Shown: positions 63,843-64,000 of the stretch, piece by piece
How positions within the stretch are numbered: the stretch's first letter is position 1
How the letters are laid out: every line of letters starts with the position of its first letter
Source: Macrostomum hystrix
Taxonomy: Eukaryota; Animalia; Platyhelminthes
Direction of reading: 5' to 3'
Assembly (NCBI GenBank): GCA_950097015.1
Contig: CATNEN010000007.1
Coordinates: 9,548,001 to 9,612,000 of the forward strand
Length of the DNA: 64,000 bases
Program-made: the position numbers and the translations under genes
The notes under the pieces: model-generated
Told to the model about the DNA's origin: nothing
Database searches by the model: none
Seen by the model: the letters and a program-made list of their open reading frames with translations, nothing else

Positions 63843-63937
63843 GGAGGTGAATGGCAGAGCGGTTAACGCGTTTGCCTCTGGCAACAATGTCCCTGAACTC
63901 GATTCCGCGGTGCGGAGACAAGGCTTGGGGGCTTGTT
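63843..63937 (+). mobile_element. SINE family A, 5' portion
   Basis: ggtgaatggcagagcggttaacgcgtttgcctct...ctcgattccgcgg..aaggcttgggggcttg. Confidence 0.75.
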
Positions 63938-63978
63938 ACAGCCGGGTAGATTTAGATTTAGACACGCAAATTAAGATT

Positions 63979-63999
63979 TGTGTGTGTGTGTGTGTGTGT
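63979..63999. repeat. (TG)n microsatellite
   Basis: tgtgtg run at the window end. Confidence 0.9.
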
Positions 64000-64000
64000 C

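Overview
This is eukaryotic (animal) genomic DNA. GC-rich exons, GT-AG introns packed with minisatellites, many DNA transposons and a dispersed tRNA-derived SINE family suggest an invertebrate, plausibly a Macrostomum-like flatworm (inference only). Spliced genes reconstructed by hand: the 3' part of a DOCK-C/D GEF (541-6082,+); a small secreted Cys-rich peptide (12704-13227,+); an N-acylated globin-X-like globin (15267-17762,-); a degenerate-KH-like protein (18680-21453,-); a single-exon secreted protein (25878-26804,-); a Ser/Pro-rich protein (31242-32141,+); a prostanoid-receptor-like GPCR (33966-36476,-); PTRH2 (40884-41471,-); ANP32 (42785-45652,-), with a fibrinogen-domain gene nested antisense in its intron; an Rh ammonia channel (52668-54431,+); and the first coding exon of a further gene (62862-62886,+). 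Mobile DNA: two head-to-tail I-group LINE copies joined at (CAA)n tails, a deleted P element, a hAT MITE, three Tc1/mariner/IS630-like elements and about six SINEs. The most unusual structure is an exon/intron junction tandemly duplicated 11 times as a stop-free 66-bp unit. This gives 11 in-frame 5' splice donors inside a KH-like domain, so splicing could tune the protein's repeat length.
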